Shown here: piece after piece, positions 47,590 through 59,097 of the stretch
Layout of the letters: the number at the start of each line of letters is the position of its first letter
How positions within the stretch are numbered: the stretch's first letter is position 1
Assembly: GCA_039924385.1 (NCBI GenBank)
Contig: JBDTAV010000007.1
Coordinates: 13,015 to 77,014 of the forward strand
Length of the DNA stretch: 64,000 bases
Source of the DNA: Steroidobacteraceae bacterium
GTDB lineage: Bacteria; Pseudomonadota; Gammaproteobacteria; Steroidobacterales; Steroidobacteraceae
Direction: 5' to 3'
The notes under the pieces: model-generated
Told to the model about the DNA's origin: nothing
Seen by the model: only the letters and a program-made list of their open reading frames with translations
The model's database searches: none
Translations under genes and position numbers: made by a program

Positions 47590-48111
47590 CTACTTCTTTG
47601 CAGCCGAGGGCCGGCTGGCAAATCGCTGCTGTACTTCGCCATTGCGCGAGCTTTCGGTAAAGCGCCCCATACTGTAGCGCGAGACGACTTGGCGCCAGAA
47701 CGCTACCGAGCCGGGGTGGCGCATGTATTCGACGATTTCCCAGTCGCCCGCGAAGCGGTCGAATATCAGGGTCGCAGCGTCGCGGCCGATCCCCGCACGC
47801 CGGTACTGCATTCGCACAAAGAATTCCGACATGCGGTAATCCGCCGCTTTCTCCCCGGCCTTCGGAATGCGCGGACGAGTAACCAGCGCGAATCCGACGG
47901 GATCAGTTCCCTTGAGAATCAGCAGCGGGTGCGATTGATCGTTGGAGAACCAGTTGGCGAAAATCTCTGCTTCGTGCGGATTGTTCGCGCCGATGACCGA
48001 GAATAAACCGGTATTTAAGTCAGCCAGGGATTCGATGTACTCGCCGTAGACGCCCTGGATCCACTGGCGATCCTGTTTCGAATGTCTGACGTCGCGAATG
48101 CTGACAAGCAA
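47590..48111 (-). CDS. GNAT family N-acetyltransferase (probable)
   Basis: 173 aa. Acetyl-CoA-binding-like segment (FFVRMQYRRAGIGRDAA). TTG start with a GGGTGA SD. Confidence 0.65.
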   Translation of the reverse strand: MLVSIRDVRHSKQDRQWIQGVYGEYIESLADLNTGLFSVIGANNPHEAEIFANWFSNDQSHPLLILKGTDPVGFALVTRPRIPKAGEKAADYRMSEFFVRMQYRRAGIGRDAATLIFDRFAGDWEIVEYMRHPGSVAFWRQVVSRYSMGRFTESSRNGEVQQRFASRPSAAKK

Positions 48112-48130
48112 CGAAACTTCACCCTCGGTC

Positions 48131-48181
48131 TAAAAAAGACACAGCCCGGACGAACATGCCTGATGGCAGCCCGTCCGGGCT
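48131..48181 (-). terminator. rho-independent terminator downstream of the small lipoprotein gene
   Basis: On the minus strand: AGCCCGGACG...(inner UGCC-AUCA-GGCA)...CGUCCGGGCU followed by GUGUCUUUUUUAG. Confidence 0.7.
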
Positions 48182-48208
48182 TGTGGGATCAGCTAACTCC
48201 GAAGCGTA

Positions 48209-48421
48209 TTACGGCTTCGCTGCTGACGCTGCACTGGCAGCCGCATCGGCGGCGGCGCTCGCAGCAGCAGCCGAATCATCGGCGGAAGTGGCAGCGGCAT
48301 CCGCAGCAGGCGCAGCGGCAGGAGGAGGAACAGCGGCCGGGGCAGGAGCCTCGGTCTTGCTGCCGCAAGCACTCAGCATGAATGCAGCGACTAAGGCGGT
48401 CAGAGCAAGTTTGGTCTTCAT
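48209..48421 (-). CDS. small Ala-rich lipoprotein (hypothetical)
   Basis: 70 aa. Signal peptide with lipobox (LVAAFMLSAC), low-complexity A/P/S/D mature part, followed by a clear terminator. Confidence 0.6.
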   Translation of the reverse strand: MKTKLALTALVAAFMLSACGSKTEAPAPAAVPPPAAAPAADAAATSADDSAAAASAAADAAASAASAAKP

Positions 48422-48650
48422 CTATCGATACCCCAGAAATTTTAAAGATAAAAATTTAGGCCGAGCGTGTTGTTTTGGGCCAATGCCCAAATGTCCCGGC
48501 CGATTTTAGAGTGTTTTGGCGCAATTTCATATCTCTTTCGCCTACACCGTCACGCCTTTAACGCAGGAGTTCGCAGCAGGGGTTAAGGGTCTATAGCTTA
48601 AGTGCACGCAGGCGCATAATTCAGGCGATATTTTAAGCTCAGGAGGTCAG

Positions 48651-49997
48651 GTGAGCGATTCCAGTCTTGATCATCTATACGTGGCTCACTTAGGCTCGCT
48701 CATGGGCCGCACCGATCGCGCGCTTACGCTAACCGGCTTTGATGCTTTAGTGGTACACACCGGGCGCCCGCCGCTTCAATTTCTCGACGACCAAGACTAC
48801 CCCTACAAGGTCAATCCACAGTTCAAGGCGTGGGTTCCCGTGGTGGATAATCCGCGCTGCATCCTGGTGTACAAACCCGGCGCCCGTCCCACGGTCCTGT
48901 TCTATCAACCCAATGACTACTGGCATAAACCGGCGAGGCTACCCACCGCTCCTTGGACGGCCGCAGTCAATTTGATCGCCATGCAGGACGATTCGAAGGC
49001 CGCAGCGCATTGGGACAAATTGGGCCGCGTCGCCTTCTTAGGTCCGGAAGGTACAGCTTCCGGCGCGGATCCAAAGTGCCAGAACCCCAAAGAATTGCTG
49101 GCGCTGTTGGATTATGAGCGCGCCATTAAGACACCCTATGAGCTGGCCTGTCTGCGAAAAGCCAGCGAGATGGGCGCTCTCGGGCATACGGCCGCGCTCG
49201 CGGCGTTTCACCGCGGCGGCTCCGAATACGATGCGCACATGAGCTATCTGGCGGCGTGCCAACAGCGCGAAGAGGAGATGCCTTACAACAACATCGTGGC
49301 CTATAACGAGAATGCGGCGGTCCTGCACTACCAGCATCTGGAGCGGACTGCACCGTCGCCCTTGCGCTCATTCTTGATTGATGCCGGCGCCCAATACCGC
49401 GGTTATGCGGCGGACATCACGCGCACGCATGCGCGGGGCGCCGGGCGCTTCGCCGATCTCGTCAAGGCCATGGACACGGCGCAACTGACGCTCTGCGACG
49501 AGATCGTTGCCGGTCGCGATTACCGCGACGTGCACCTGTCGGCGCATCGAGTTTTGGGCGATGTGATGCATAAGATCGGCCTCACCAAACTCCCGGGCCA
49601 GGCGGCCCTGGAGAGCGGCGTGACCGCCGTGTTCTTTCCACATGGGATCGGGCACCTGCTCGGTCTTCAGGTACACGATGTCGGCGGGGTCATGGGCAAG
49701 CCTGCGGGACAGGAACGCGAGCGGCCCAAGGGGCATCCCTTTTTGCGCCTCACACGCATGCTCGAGCCCGGCGTGGTCGTGACGGTGGAGCCTGGCATCT
49801 ATCTGATCGACTCACTGTTGGCCGCGGCTCACGCGGACAAACGGCGCGCCCATATTGACTGGGCAGTCGTCGATGAGCTGAAGCCCTACGGGGGAATTAG
49901 GATCGAAGACAATGTCGCAGCGACCGCAGGGAAGCCCGAAAACATGACTCGAGACGCTTTCGCACGAGTCGCGGCCGCGAAAGGCGCGGCGGCTTAA
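48651..49997 (+). CDS. pepQ: Xaa-Pro dipeptidase
   Basis: 448 aa. YPYKVNPQFKAWVPV as in E. coli PepQ, and M24B metal ligands (DAGAQYRGYAADITRT, HGIGHLLGLQVHD, EPGIY). GTG start after AGGAGG. Confidence 0.9.
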   Translation: MSDSSLDHLYVAHLGSLMGRTDRALTLTGFDALVVHTGRPPLQFLDDQDYPYKVNPQFKAWVPVVDNPRCILVYKPGARPTVLFYQPNDYWHKPARLPTAPWTAAVNLIAMQDDSKAAAHWDKLGRVAFLGPEGTASGADPKCQNPKELLALLDYERAIKTPYELACLRKASEMGALGHTAALAAFHRGGSEYDAHMSYLAACQQREEEMPYNNIVAYNENAAVLHYQHLERTAPSPLRSFLIDAGAQYRGYAADITRTHARGAGRFADLVKAMDTAQLTLCDEIVAGRDYRDVHLSAHRVLGDVMHKIGLTKLPGQAALESGVTAVFFPHGIGHLLGLQVHDVGGVMGKPAGQERERPKGHPFLRLTRMLEPGVVVTVEPGIYLIDSLLAAAHADKRRAHIDWAVVDELKPYGGIRIEDNVAATAGKPENMTRDAFARVAAAKGAAA

Positions 49998-50009
49998 GAG
50001 CAACGGAGA

Positions 50010-50516
50010 TCAGGCAGCCGCTTTCTTCTTGCGCCGCTTCGGCTTTTCCTCCGCCTCGCTCTCGTCAGCTGCGGCGGCTTTCTTGGCCTTGATCTTCTTG
50101 GGCTCCGCCTTCGGTGCCTTGGCGCTCTTCTTGTCTTCTTTCTTTTCGAGCGAGACCGGGGCGGATTCCACCAACTGCATCAGCGCCATGTCAGCGGAAT
50201 CGCCGGGCCGTGGTTCCATCTTGAGAATGCGCGTATAGCCGCCGGCTCGCGCCTTAAAGCGCGGGCCCAAGTCTGCGAACAGCTTTTCGACCACGTTATC
50301 GTCGCGCAAGCGCGAGTGCGCCAGGCGGCGCAACCCGATCGTGTCCACCTTGGCCATCGTTATCAAGGGCTCGACCACGCGGCGCAGTTCCTTGGCCTTC
50401 GGCACGGTGGTGCGAATGGTTTCGTGCTGCAGCAGCGAGGTCGCCATATTGCGCAACATCGCATGACGATGAGAGGCATTTCGCGATAGCTGACGCCCAC
50501 TGTTTCTGTGACGCAT
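50010..50516 (-). CDS. rplQ: 50S ribosomal protein L17 with Lys/Ala/Glu-rich C-terminal extension
   Basis: [25 protein letters not shown]-terminus. 168 aa versus about 127 in E. coli. Confidence 0.95.
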   Translation of the reverse strand: MRHRNSGRQLSRNASHRHAMLRNMATSLLQHETIRTTVPKAKELRRVVEPLITMAKVDTIGLRRLAHSRLRDDNVVEKLFADLGPRFKARAGGYTRILKMEPRPGDSADMALMQLVESAPVSLEKKEDKKSAKAPKAEPKKIKAKKAAAADESEAEEKPKRRKKKAAA

Positions 50517-50545
50517 AGTCTTCTCTTAAACTCTTATTCGCTGAA

Positions 50546-51550
50546 TCAAATACCGTCGCGCTCGTCGTCGCGCCTCAATCCCGGCGGCGGCCAATTGTCG
50601 ATCCGCATTCCCAACGTCAATCCATGGCTCTCCAGAACTTCTTTGATTTCAGTCAAAGACTTCTTGCCTAGGTTCGGCGTGCGCAGCAATTCGACTTCGG
50701 TGCGCTGCACGAGATCGCCGATGTAGTGGATGTTTTCCGCCTTGAGGCAATTGGCCGAACGCACGGTGAGCTCCAGCTCATCGACCGGACGCAGCAGGAT
50801 CGGATCGAACTGCGTTTCGGTGGCCTTGGTGGTCGATTCATCCTGGCCTTGCAGATCGACGAACACCGACAGCTGATCCTTGAGGATGCCGCCGGCGCGG
50901 CGGATCGCCTCTTCGGGATCGATCGTGCCGTTGGTTTCGATATCGAGAATCAGCTTGTCCAGATCGGTGCGCTGTTCGACGCGCGCGCTCTCGACGTTAT
51001 AAGTCACTTTGCGCACCGGGCTGAACGAGGCGTCCAGCTGCAGACGGCCGATGGCGCGGGTCTGTTCTTCGAAGGCCATGCGCTGTGCCGCGGGGCGATA
51101 GCCGCGTCCGCGCTCGACCTTGAGGGACATCGACAATTCGCCGGCCTTGGTCAGGTTGGCGATGACGAGGTCAGGGTTCAAAATCTCGATGTCGTGATCC
51201 CCGGCGATGTCGCCGGCGGTCACCGGCCCGGGGCCTTTCTTATGCAAGCGCACTTCGGCAACATCCCGCGTGTGCATGCGAATCGCCACGGCCTTCAAGT
51301 TCAACAAAATGTCGACGACATCCTCTTGGACGCCTTCGATCGCGGTGTACTCGTGCAGCACGCCCTCGATTTCGATCTCAGTGATCGCCGCCCCCGGCAA
51401 GGAGGACAGCAGCACGCGGCGCAGCGCATTGCCCAGGGTGTGGCCGAAACCGCGTTCAAACGGTTCGATCACGATGCGGGCATGGCGCGGCGAAACGGGC
51501 TGTACTTTGACGACCCGCGGTTTCAAAAACTCATTGATCGATCCCTGCAT
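50546..51550 (-). CDS. rpoA: DNA-directed RNA polymerase subunit alpha
   Basis: Start at [12 protein letters not shown] (matches E. coli MQGSVTEFLKPR; AGGTG SD at 6 nt). 334 aa. Confidence 0.95.
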   Translation of the reverse strand: MQGSINEFLKPRVVKVQPVSPRHARIVIEPFERGFGHTLGNALRRVLLSSLPGAAITEIEIEGVLHEYTAIEGVQEDVVDILLNLKAVAIRMHTRDVAEVRLHKKGPGPVTAGDIAGDHDIEILNPDLVIANLTKAGELSMSLKVERGRGYRPAAQRMAFEEQTRAIGRLQLDASFSPVRKVTYNVESARVEQRTDLDKLILDIETNGTIDPEEAIRRAGGILKDQLSVFVDLQGQDESTTKATETQFDPILLRPVDELELTVRSANCLKAENIHYIGDLVQRTEVELLRTPNLGKKSLTEIKEVLESHGLTLGMRIDNWPPPGLRRDDERDGI

Positions 51551-51620
51551 GGATTTCACCTACGTTGACTAAACCGGAGACGGCACAGCGAAGCGCTGCG
51601 CCGCATAAAAAAGCCAATTG

Positions 51621-52244
51621 CTACTTGGAATACAACTCGACGACCAGGCTCTCGTTGATGTCCGGAAGAATTTCCTGACGATCCGGAACGGATTTCAAGA
51701 TTCCAGAAAATTTCTTGTCGTCGACTTCGACCCAATCGGGAAGCCCGACCTGGGTCGCTATGGTCAGAGCCGCAGTGACGCGCGTCTGCTTCTTGGCGCG
51801 TTCGCGCAAATTGATCACATCGCCCGCCTTGCACTGGTAGGAGGCGATATTGACGAGCTTGTCGTTGACCGACACGCCCTTATGACTCACCAACTGGCGG
51901 GCCTCGGCGCGCGTGGAGGCGAACCCCATGCGGTAGACCACATTGTCCAAGCGGCATTCCAAGAATTGCAGCAAAGTCTCGCCGGTCGCACCGGGACGGC
52001 CCGCAGCCTTCTGATAATAATTTCTGAACTGGCGCTCCAGGACGCCGTACATGCGCCGCAATTTCTGCTTCTCGCGAAGCTGCAGTCCGTATTCCGACAA
52101 GCGCTGCTTGCGCTCGCTCTTCACGCCGCCCGGCGGCACTTCAAGCTTGCACTTCGACTCGAGGGGCTTCACGCCGCTCTTCAGGAACAGATCGGTTCCC
52201 TCGCGACGGGATAGCTTGCACTTCGGACCGGTATATTTTGCCAT
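51621..52244 (-). CDS. rpsD: 30S ribosomal protein S4
   Basis: [23 protein letters not shown], 207 aa. Confidence 0.95.
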   Translation of the reverse strand: MAKYTGPKCKLSRREGTDLFLKSGVKPLESKCKLEVPPGGVKSERKQRLSEYGLQLREKQKLRRMYGVLERQFRNYYQKAAGRPGATGETLLQFLECRLDNVVYRMGFASTRAEARQLVSHKGVSVNDKLVNIASYQCKAGDVINLRERAKKQTRVTAALTIATQVGLPDWVEVDDKKFSGILKSVPDRQEILPDINESLVVELYSK

Positions 52245-52254
52245 TGCGAACCTT

Positions 52255-52686
52255 TTAAACGCGACGCTTTTTGGGCGGACGGCAGCCGTTATGCGGAATC
52301 GGCGTGACGTCTTCGATGTTGGTGATCTTCAACCCGCAGCCGTTTAAAGCGCGTACTGCGGATTCGCGGCCGGGACCGGGGCCCATGACTCGCACTTCGA
52401 CATTCTTCACACCATGTTCCTGCGCCGCGGTGCCCGCCCGCTCGGCGGCGACCTGCGCCGCGAATGGCGTGGACTTGCGCGAACCGCGGTAGCCGCAGCC
52501 CCCGGAGGTCGCCCATGACAAGGTGTTGCCCTGCCGATCGGTGATCGTGATGATCGTATTGTTGAACGAGGCATGCACATGCGCGATCGCATCGAGCACG
52601 TTCTTGCGTACTTTTTTGCGCGCGGGTTTTGCACCCGGTGCAGCGGCCGCGGCGGCTTGCTGCGCATTTTGCTTTTGATCAGCCAT
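52255..52686 (-). CDS. rpsK: 30S ribosomal protein S11 (Ala-rich N-terminal extension)
   Basis: [16 protein letters not shown] core. 143 aa versus about 129 in E. coli. Confidence 0.95.
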   Translation of the reverse strand: MADQKQNAQQAAAAAAPGAKPARKKVRKNVLDAIAHVHASFNNTIITITDRQGNTLSWATSGGCGYRGSRKSTPFAAQVAAERAGTAAQEHGVKNVEVRVMGPGPGRESAVRALNGCGLKITNIEDVTPIPHNGCRPPKKRRV

Positions 52687-52698
52687 TAATTGTTACCT

Positions 52699-53079
52699 TT
52701 AGACCTTGCCCGGCGGCGCATTCATCTTGACCGCTTGCTTACGCGGACCCTTGCGTGTGCGCGCGTTGGTGCGCGTGCGCTGGCCCCGCATCGGCAGGCC
52801 CTTGCGATGCCTGATGCCGCGATAGCAGCCCAAATCCATCAAGCGCTTGATGTTCATCGACACTTCGCGGCGCAGGTCGCCCTCGACCGCGAACTTCGCA
52901 ACCTGCGAGCGCAGCGATGCCACTTCGGCGTCGGTCAGGTCCTTCACTTTCACGTGATACTTCACGCCGGCGGCATCGCAAATGCGCACGGCGCGGCTGT
53001 TGCCGATACCGAAAATGTGAGTCAGGCCGATGACGACATGCTTGTTCATCGGTATGTTGATGCCGGCGATACGCGCCAT
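52699..53079 (-). CDS. rpsM: 30S ribosomal protein S13
   Basis: [10 protein letters not shown]... 126 aa. Confidence 0.95.
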   Translation of the reverse strand: MARIAGINIPMNKHVVIGLTHIFGIGNSRAVRICDAAGVKYHVKVKDLTDAEVASLRSQVAKFAVEGDLRREVSMNIKRLMDLGCYRGIRHRKGLPMRGQRTRTNARTRKGPRKQAVKMNAPPGKV

Positions 53080-53145
53080 CTATTTCTCCACCCGCGCCCT
53101 CGAAAAAAAGCGCGCTAGTATATTAGAAAACCCTTTATAAATCAA

Positions 53146-53262
53146 TTAGCCCTGCCTCTGTTTGTGGCGGGCATCCGAGGAACAAATGATGTAAACGACG
53201 CCGCGTCGCCGTACGACTTTGCAGTTCTTGCAGATCTTTTTGACCGAAGGACGAACTTTCAT
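53146..53262 (-). CDS. rpmJ: 50S ribosomal protein L36
   Basis: Not in the ORF track. Hand translation of the minus strand gives [38 protein letters not shown]. Its ATG overlaps the secY stop. Confidence 0.9.
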   Translation of the reverse strand: MKVRPSVKKICKNCKVVRRRGVVYIICSSDARHKQRQG

Positions 53263-54611
53263 TTCTTTGCTCCAATGCCCCGAAGGCTGGCCTTTTTCAT
53301 CAGGCCCTCGTATTGCTGCGACATCATGTGAGACTGCAGCTGCGCGACGAAATCCATGACCCCGACCACGATGATCAAGAGCGAGGTGCCGCCGAACTGA
53401 AACGGAATGGCCGGATTTACCATGCGAATAATTTCAGGCAGCAAGCACACCGCCATGATGTACAAGCCGCCCCACAGAGTCAGCCGGGTGAGCACCTTGT
53501 CCAGGTATTCGCCTGTCTGCAGGCCCGGACGGATGCCTGGAATGAAGGCGCCGGCCTTCTTGAGGTTCTCGGCCGTGTCCCGGGCGTCGTACACCAGGGC
53601 GACATAGAAAAATGCGAATCCGACCACCAACAGGCCGAACAGCACAACGTGCAGCGGCTGACCATAATTGAGGATGGCAGCGATCTTTTGCAGGGTCCGC
53701 TGGATGACATTCGGGTTTGGGCTGTTGCCGAAGAATTGGGCCACGGTGGCCGGGAAAACCAGCAAGCTCGAGGCAAAAATCGGGGGGATCACGCCCGCCA
53801 TGTTCAATTTGAACGGCAGATGGGTGCTCTGTCCCTGCATCATGCGCCGCCCCACCTGGCGCTTGGCATAATTCACTTGGATCTTGCGCTGCGCGCGCTC
53901 GACAAACACGCAGAAGAGGGTCACCAAGCCCACCACCACCACGATGAGCGCCACGACCAGCGCATTCATTTCGCCCGTTCGGACCATTTCCAGCGTGTTG
54001 CCGATGGCGCGCGGCAGCCCGGCGATGATGCCCGCGACGATGATCATGGTGATGCCGTTGCCGATACCGCGCTCGGTGATCTGCTCGCCCAGCCACATGA
54101 CGAACAGGGTGCCCGTGGTGATCGAAATGGTGGCGACGAACAAGAATTGCGGTCCGGGACTCGGCACCAAATTGCTGCCGGAATTCTGGATGGCGAGCGC
54201 GGCGCCGAATCCTTGGAAGGCAGCGAGGCCCACGGTGCCGTAGCGCGTGTACTGCATCAGTTTGCGCCGGCCGGATTCGCCGTCCTTGCGGATCTGGTTC
54301 CACGGCGGGTACACCATCGATGCCATCTGTACGATGATGGACGCCGTGATGTAAGGCATCACGTTCAGCGCGAAGATGCTGAATCGCTGTAAAGCGCCGC
54401 CCGAGAACATGTTGAACATGCCCAGCAGCGTGCCGTTCTGGGTGGAGAAGAAGGCGGCAAATTTGGCCGCGTCGATGCCCGGCACGGGAATGAACGTGCC
54501 GATCCGGTACACCACGAGCGCGCCCACCAGGAAGATCAGCCGCTTGCGCATTTCGGCGAAGCGGGTGATGTCCCCTAAGGCGGCGGCAGGATTGGTAGCG
54601 GATGTAGCCAC
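53259..54611 (-). CDS. secY: preprotein translocase subunit SecY
   Basis: 450 aa, 10-TM pattern, conserved segments ([27 protein letters not shown]). Confidence 0.95.
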   Translation of the reverse strand: MATSATNPAAALGDITRFAEMRKRLIFLVGALVVYRIGTFIPVPGIDAAKFAAFFSTQNGTLLGMFNMFSGGALQRFSIFALNVMPYITASIIVQMASMVYPPWNQIRKDGESGRRKLMQYTRYGTVGLAAFQGFGAALAIQNSGSNLVPSPGPQFLFVATISITTGTLFVMWLGEQITERGIGNGITMIIVAGIIAGLPRAIGNTLEMVRTGEMNALVVALIVVVVGLVTLFCVFVERAQRKIQVNYAKRQVGRRMMQGQSTHLPFKLNMAGVIPPIFASSLLVFPATVAQFFGNSPNPNVIQRTLQKIAAILNYGQPLHVVLFGLLVVGFAFFYVALVYDARDTAENLKKAGAFIPGIRPGLQTGEYLDKVLTRLTLWGGLYIMAVCLLPEIIRMVNPAIPFQFGGTSLLIIVVGVMDFVAQLQSHMMSQQYEGLMKKASLRGIGAKK

Positions 54612-54620
54612 GGGTTTCTC

Positions 54621-55061
54621 TTAAGCCTCGAATTTTCCGCCGGCGGATTCAACGGCGCTCTTGGCACCCTTGGTGGCGGTGATGACTTTGTCCTTGATGG
54701 TGAATGACTTGGTGACCTTGCCGGACAAAATGATCTTCACGACCTTGGTGCTTTCGGACACCAGGTTTGCTTCGATCAAGCCCGCCAGCGTCACCTCGGA
54801 GCCGGTAACGCGCATCAAATCCGACAGGGTCAATTCAGCGCGCGAAGCCTTCATCGCCGAGCGAAAGCCGATTTTCGGCAAGCGCCGCTGCAAGGGCATC
54901 TGACCGCCTTCGAATCCCACCTTGTGATAGCCGCCCTTACGCGCTCGCTGTCCTTTGACCCCGCGGCCGCAAGTCTTGCCCTGACCGGCGGATGCGCCGC
55001 GGCCCACCCGCAATCGAGTTCGTTTGGAGCCGGCGCCCGGCTTTATCGTATTTAATCTCAT
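54621..55061 (-). CDS. rplO: 50S ribosomal protein L15
   Basis: [22 protein letters not shown]..., 146 aa. Confidence 0.95.
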   Translation of the reverse strand: MRLNTIKPGAGSKRTRLRVGRGASAGQGKTCGRGVKGQRARKGGYHKVGFEGGQMPLQRRLPKIGFRSAMKASRAELTLSDLMRVTGSEVTLAGLIEANLVSESTKVVKIILSGKVTKSFTIKDKVITATKGAKSAVESAGGKFEA

Positions 55062-55288
55062 CAGACCTTCCCCAGTGCCGGCTCAACTTTGAGCATGTGA
55101 CTGGCCCGATTCACCATGCCGCGATTGGACGGCGTATCCGCCACCACCACGCTATGACCGATCCGGCGCAAACCTAAGCCCTTGACCGAACCGCGAATAT
55201 TGGCCAATTGCCCGTAGACGCTCCTGATCAAGGTCACCTTGATCGCTTTTTCTTCGGTCGCCTTATGCGCGTGTGCTTTTCTCGCCAT
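55061..55288 (-). CDS. rpmD: 50S ribosomal protein L30 (N-terminal extension)
   Basis: [13 protein letters not shown] core. 75 aa versus about 59 in E. coli. No internal Met, so the extension may be real or may reflect an unseen alternative start. Confidence 0.85.
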   Translation of the reverse strand: MARKAHAHKATEEKAIKVTLIRSVYGQLANIRGSVKGLGLRRIGHSVVVADTPSNRGMVNRASHMLKVEPALGKV

Positions 55289-55290
55289 GA

Positions 55291-55797
55291 CTAACCTACG
55301 ATTTCTTCGACGGACTTGCCGCGCTTGGCGGCGATGTCATCGGGTGTGCGCAGCTTAGCCAAAGCGTCCATGGTGGCGCGCACCACATTGATGGGATTGC
55401 GCGAGCCGTAGCTCTTGGCCAGCACGTTGCGAACGCCGGCGCACTCGAATACCGCGCGCATGCCGCCACCGGCGATGACGCCGGTACCATCCGCGGCCGG
55501 CTGCATATAGACCCGCGTGGTGCCATGCTTGCCTTGGACAGCGTAGAACAAGGTTTCGTTCTTTAGAGAGACCGTGACCAGGCTCTTGCGCGCCTGCATC
55601 ATCGCCTTGGAGATCGCGACCGGCACTTCACGCGCCTTGCCATAACCGAATCCGACGCGGCCGGCGCCGTCGCCCACAACGGTGAGCGCGGTAAAGCCGA
55701 ATTGCTTACCGCCCTTGACCACCTTCGCGACCCGGTTCACTGCTACCAGCTTTTCGAGCAGGTCGTCGCCGGACATTGGTTTTTCTGTTCTCGCCAT
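55291..55797 (-). CDS. rpsE: 30S ribosomal protein S5
   Basis: [28 protein letters not shown]..., 168 aa. Confidence 0.95.
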   Translation of the reverse strand: MARTEKPMSGDDLLEKLVAVNRVAKVVKGGKQFGFTALTVVGDGAGRVGFGYGKAREVPVAISKAMMQARKSLVTVSLKNETLFYAVQGKHGTTRVYMQPAADGTGVIAGGGMRAVFECAGVRNVLAKSYGSRNPINVVRATMDALAKLRTPDDIAAKRGKSVEEIVG

Positions 55798-55817
55798 AGT
55801 GCCTTGAGACCTTTAAG

Positions 55818-56177
55818 TTAGAACTCGAGACCCGCTTCGCGAGCGGCCTCTGCCAGCGCTTTGACGCGCCCGTGATACATGAAACCGGAACGGTCGAATG
55901 CGACCTTTGTCAGCCCCAAGGCCTTGGCGCGCTCCGCAATGGCGCGGCCGACGGCTTTGGCGGCTTCGATGTTGCCGGTGGCTTTCAATTCCCCGCGCAC
56001 GTCCTTCTGCAAGGTCGAGGCGGCGACCAGAACCTTGTCGCCTTCGGGCGCAATGATCTGCGCATACATGTGTTGCGGCGTGCGATGTACCGACAGGCGC
56101 ATCGCGGCCATTTCTTTGATCTTCACTCGGCCGCGCAGCGCGCGACGCAAACGGGTGTCTTGCTTGGTCAATTTCAT
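55818..56177 (-). CDS. rplR: 50S ribosomal protein L18
   Basis: 119 aa. [16 protein letters not shown] and the position in the spc order. Confidence 0.95.
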   Translation of the reverse strand: MKLTKQDTRLRRALRGRVKIKEMAAMRLSVHRTPQHMYAQIIAPEGDKVLVAASTLQKDVRGELKATGNIEAAKAVGRAIAERAKALGLTKVAFDRSGFMYHGRVKALAEAAREAGLEF

Positions 56178-56179
56178 GA

Positions 56180-56713
56180 TTACTTCTTCTTCGCTTCTTT
56201 CAGCGAAATTTTTTCGTCGGAATACTTCACGCCCTTGCCCTTGTAGGGTTCCGGCGGCCGAAAGCCGCGAATCTCCGCGGCGGTCTGGCCGACGCGCTGC
56301 CGGTCGATTCCCTTGACGATAATCTCGGTCTGGCTCGGCGTCTCGATGGTGATGCCGTCTGGAATCGCAAAATTGATCAAGTGCGAATAGCCCAGCGTCA
56401 GCGTCAAGTTTTTGGCCTGAACCGCGGCGCGATAGCCGACGCCGACCAGTTCGAGCTTCTTTTCGTAGCCCTTGGTCACGCCCGTGACCATATTGGCAAG
56501 ATGCGCGCGCGTTGAACCGGCGACCGCATTCAGAGCCTCGATCGCAGTGTCTGCCTGCACTTCCAGATGCTTATCCTGCTGCACGACTTTAACGCCCGCT
56601 TTAAGCGGCAGCGTCAGCGAGCCCTTCGCGCCTTTCAGCGTCACGGCTTCCGCGCCGATCGCGGCGGTGACGCCCTGCGGCAGGTCAACCGGCATTTTTG
56701 CAACTCGAGACAT
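56180..56713 (-). CDS. rplF: 50S ribosomal protein L6
   Basis: [15 protein letters not shown]..., 177 aa. Confidence 0.95.
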   Translation of the reverse strand: MSRVAKMPVDLPQGVTAAIGAEAVTLKGAKGSLTLPLKAGVKVVQQDKHLEVQADTAIEALNAVAGSTRAHLANMVTGVTKGYEKKLELVGVGYRAAVQAKNLTLTLGYSHLINFAIPDGITIETPSQTEIIVKGIDRQRVGQTAAEIRGFRPPEPYKGKGVKYSDEKISLKEAKKK

Positions 56714-56730
56714 AATTAACCTACCTAGCC

Positions 56731-57126
56731 TTATTGGACGACGAACAGCACTTCGCCGCCGGTGCCAGCCGCGCGCGCTTGCTTGTCGGACATGATGCCT
56801 TGAGGAGTAGAAACCACGGCAACGCCCAAACCGCCCAGCACTTTGGGCAGCTCATCCTTACCGCGATAAATGCGCAGGCCGGGCCGGCTGATGCGCTCGA
56901 TGCGATCGATGACCGGACGGCCGTCGTGATACTTCAATTCAATCGACAAGGTGCTCTTGGCTCCCGTGCTTTCGACACCGAAGTCCGCGATGTAGCCCTC
57001 GGCCTTCAGCACCTTGAGGATGGCCACCTTCAACTTCGAGGCGCCCATGCCCACGGTCGGCTTGCCCGCGGATTGCGCATTACGAATGCGCGTCAAGAGA
57101 TCAGCAATTGGATCAGTCATGCTCAT
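56731..57126 (-). CDS. rpsH: 30S ribosomal protein S8
   Basis: [17 protein letters not shown]..., 131 aa. Confidence 0.95.
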   Translation of the reverse strand: MSMTDPIADLLTRIRNAQSAGKPTVGMGASKLKVAILKVLKAEGYIADFGVESTGAKSTLSIELKYHDGRPVIDRIERISRPGLRIYRGKDELPKVLGGLGVAVVSTPQGIMSDKQARAAGTGGEVLFVVQ

Positions 57127-57136
57127 TGTGCGCGCC

Positions 57137-57442
57137 TCACCAACTCGCCTTCGACAGGCCTGGAATTTCGCCGCGATTGGCCGCCTCGCGCAGCTTGGTG
57201 CGCGCTAAGCCGAATTTGCGGTACACACCGCGCGAGCGGCCAGTGATCGAGCAGCGATTGCGCTGCCGGGTAGCGCCCGCGTCGCGCGGCTGCTTCTGCA
57301 GTGCGACTTGCGCGGCTTCGCGAGCCTCCTGCCCGGTCTTCGGGTCACGGATCTGCTCTTTGAGTTCAGCGCGCCGCTTGGCGAATTTCTTCGCTATCTT
57401 GAGGCGTTTTTTCTCGCGCATGAGCATATTCGTCTTGGCCAT
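57137..57442 (-). CDS. rpsN: 30S ribosomal protein S14
   Basis: 101 aa, long (non-zinc) form, ending [11 protein letters not shown]. Confidence 0.95.
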   Translation of the reverse strand: MAKTNMLMREKKRLKIAKKFAKRRAELKEQIRDPKTGQEAREAAQVALQKQPRDAGATRQRNRCSITGRSRGVYRKFGLARTKLREAANRGEIPGLSKASW

Positions 57443-57449
57443 GGGCTAC

Positions 57450-57992
57450 CTACTTACGGAACGGAAAGTTAAAGGCTTCTAACAACGCGCGCCCGTGCTT
57501 GTCGTCGCGCGCCGACGTGGAGATGGTGATGTCCATGCCACGGATTTGATCGATTTGGTCATACTGGATCTCAGGGAAAATAATCTGCTCTTTCACCCCT
57601 AAGCTGTAATTGCCGCGGCCGTCGAACGAACGGGTGCTGATGCCGCGAAAATCCCGGATGCGCGGAATGGCGATGCTCACCAGCCGGTCGAGAAATTCAT
57701 ACATGCGATCGCCGCGCAGCGTCACCTTGCAGCCGATCGCCTGGCCGTCGCGCACCTTGAAGGTCGCGACCGACTTTTTGGCTTTCGTGACCGCCGGCTT
57801 CTGGCCCGTGATCTTCGCCATGTCGGCGGTGGCTGCATCCATGACCTTCTTGTCGGCCACGGCCTCGCCCACGCCCATGTTCACCGTGATCTTCAAAATC
57901 CGCGGCACTTCCATGGTGTTCTTCAACTCAAGCTTTTTCTTGAGCTCCGGCACGATCTTTTCGTTAAAAATTTGTTTAAGTCTTGCTGCCAT
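57450..57992 (-). CDS. rplE: 50S ribosomal protein L5
   Basis: 180 aa. NMGVGEA and [20 protein letters not shown] motifs. Confidence 0.95.
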   Translation of the reverse strand: MAARLKQIFNEKIVPELKKKLELKNTMEVPRILKITVNMGVGEAVADKKVMDAATADMAKITGQKPAVTKAKKSVATFKVRDGQAIGCKVTLRGDRMYEFLDRLVSIAIPRIRDFRGISTRSFDGRGNYSLGVKEQIIFPEIQYDQIDQIRGMDITISTSARDDKHGRALLEAFNFPFRK

Positions 57993-58002
57993 AAATTACC
58001 CG

Positions 58003-58323
58003 TTATTTCGCGTCGACCATTTCTTTGTTCGACTTGAACAGGCGCACCTTGCGCCCGTTCTCGAGCGACTTGAACCCGATCCGATCGCCCTTTTGGGTCG
58101 CCGGATTGAAAACCATCACATTCGACACATGCAGCGGCGCCTCGGTCTCGATGATGCCGCCCTGTACGCCCAACTGCGGATTGGGCTTCTGATGCCGCTT
58201 GGACATGTTCAGTCCCTCGACGCGCAGACGGTCGTCCGCCAGCACTTCGATCACGGCGCCTTTGCGTCCTTTGTCCCGACCGGCGATTAAAATCACCGTG
58301 TCGCCTTTGCGAATCTTTTTCAC
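58003..58323 (-). CDS. rplX: 50S ribosomal protein L24
   Basis: [22 protein letters not shown]..., 106 aa. Confidence 0.95.
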   Translation of the reverse strand: MKKIRKGDTVILIAGRDKGRKGAVIEVLADDRLRVEGLNMSKRHQKPNPQLGVQGGIIETEAPLHVSNVMVFNPATQKGDRIGFKSLENGRKVRLFKSNKEMVDAK

Positions 58324-58324
58324 T

Positions 58325-58693
58325 TCACAGCACCTCTGGTGCGAGCGAGATAATCTTCATGAACTGCACGTTGCGCAGCTCGCGCGTCACCGGTCCGAAA
58401 ATACGCGTGCCAATGGGCTCGAGCTTGTTGGTCAAGAGCACTGCAGCATTGGTGTCGAAGCGGATCAGCGAGCCATCGGGCCGCCGCACGCCGCTCTTGG
58501 TGCGTACCACCACGGCGTCGTACACCTCGCCTTTTTTCACCTTGCCGCGCGGGATCGCATCCTTGACGCTGACTTTGATGACATCGCCGACCGCCGCATA
58601 GCGACGCTTCGAACCGCCCAGCACCTTGATGCACATCAAGCGCTTGGCACCGCTGTTGTCGGCCACATTCAAAATTGTTCGCATTTGAATCAT
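58325..58693 (-). CDS. rplN: 50S ribosomal protein L14
   Basis: [17 protein letters not shown]..., 122 aa. Confidence 0.95.
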   Translation of the reverse strand: MIQMRTILNVADNSGAKRLMCIKVLGGSKRRYAAVGDVIKVSVKDAIPRGKVKKGEVYDAVVVRTKSGVRRPDGSLIRFDTNAAVLLTNKLEPIGTRIFGPVTRELRNVQFMKIISLAPEVL

Positions 58694-58706
58694 GGGGGCT
58701 GGCCTC

Positions 58707-59012
58707 TCATTCCGGCCGGGCGCGATTTACAACGCGCACCAACACCCAAGATTTACGACGCGACATGGGACGGCACGGCTTGATCGAAACCGTGTCGCCT
58801 TCCTTGCACTCATTGCTTTCGTCATGCGCCAGCAGCTTGGTCGTGCGGCGGATGTACTTGCCATAGGTCGGATGCTTGACCAGGCGCTCGACCGAAACCG
58901 CGATGGTCTTGTCCATCTTGTTGCTGACCACCTTGCCGGTCAGCAAACGCTGTCCTGGCACCGGCGCGGCGCCCGGCGCCGCTACTTCAGTTGATTGTGC
59001 TTCGGTCGACAT
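58707..59012 (-). CDS. rpsQ: 30S ribosomal protein S17
   Basis: [30 protein letters not shown] core. The ATG at 59012 follows GAGGAA at 6 nt, whereas the ORF-track start at 59039 is TTG. Confidence 0.9.
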   Translation of the reverse strand: MSTEAQSTEVAAPGAAPVPGQRLLTGKVVSNKMDKTIAVSVERLVKHPTYGKYIRRTTKLLAHDESNECKEGDTVSIKPCRPMSRRKSWVLVRVVNRARPE

Positions 59013-59097
59013 CACGGGTTCCTCATGCGCTTCGCGCAACTTTCAACGGGGCCGAAACGGCCCGGTCCGATTAGGTGTTCGCAATAAGCGCAAGAAA

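Noticed and set aside
48209-48421. Repetitive GCAGC/GCGGC-rich DNA that might be taken for a repeat array.
   Set aside because: It is the low-complexity Ala-rich coding region of a small lipoprotein (signal peptide, lipobox and terminator present). There is no spacer-repeat periodicity, so it is not CRISPR-like.
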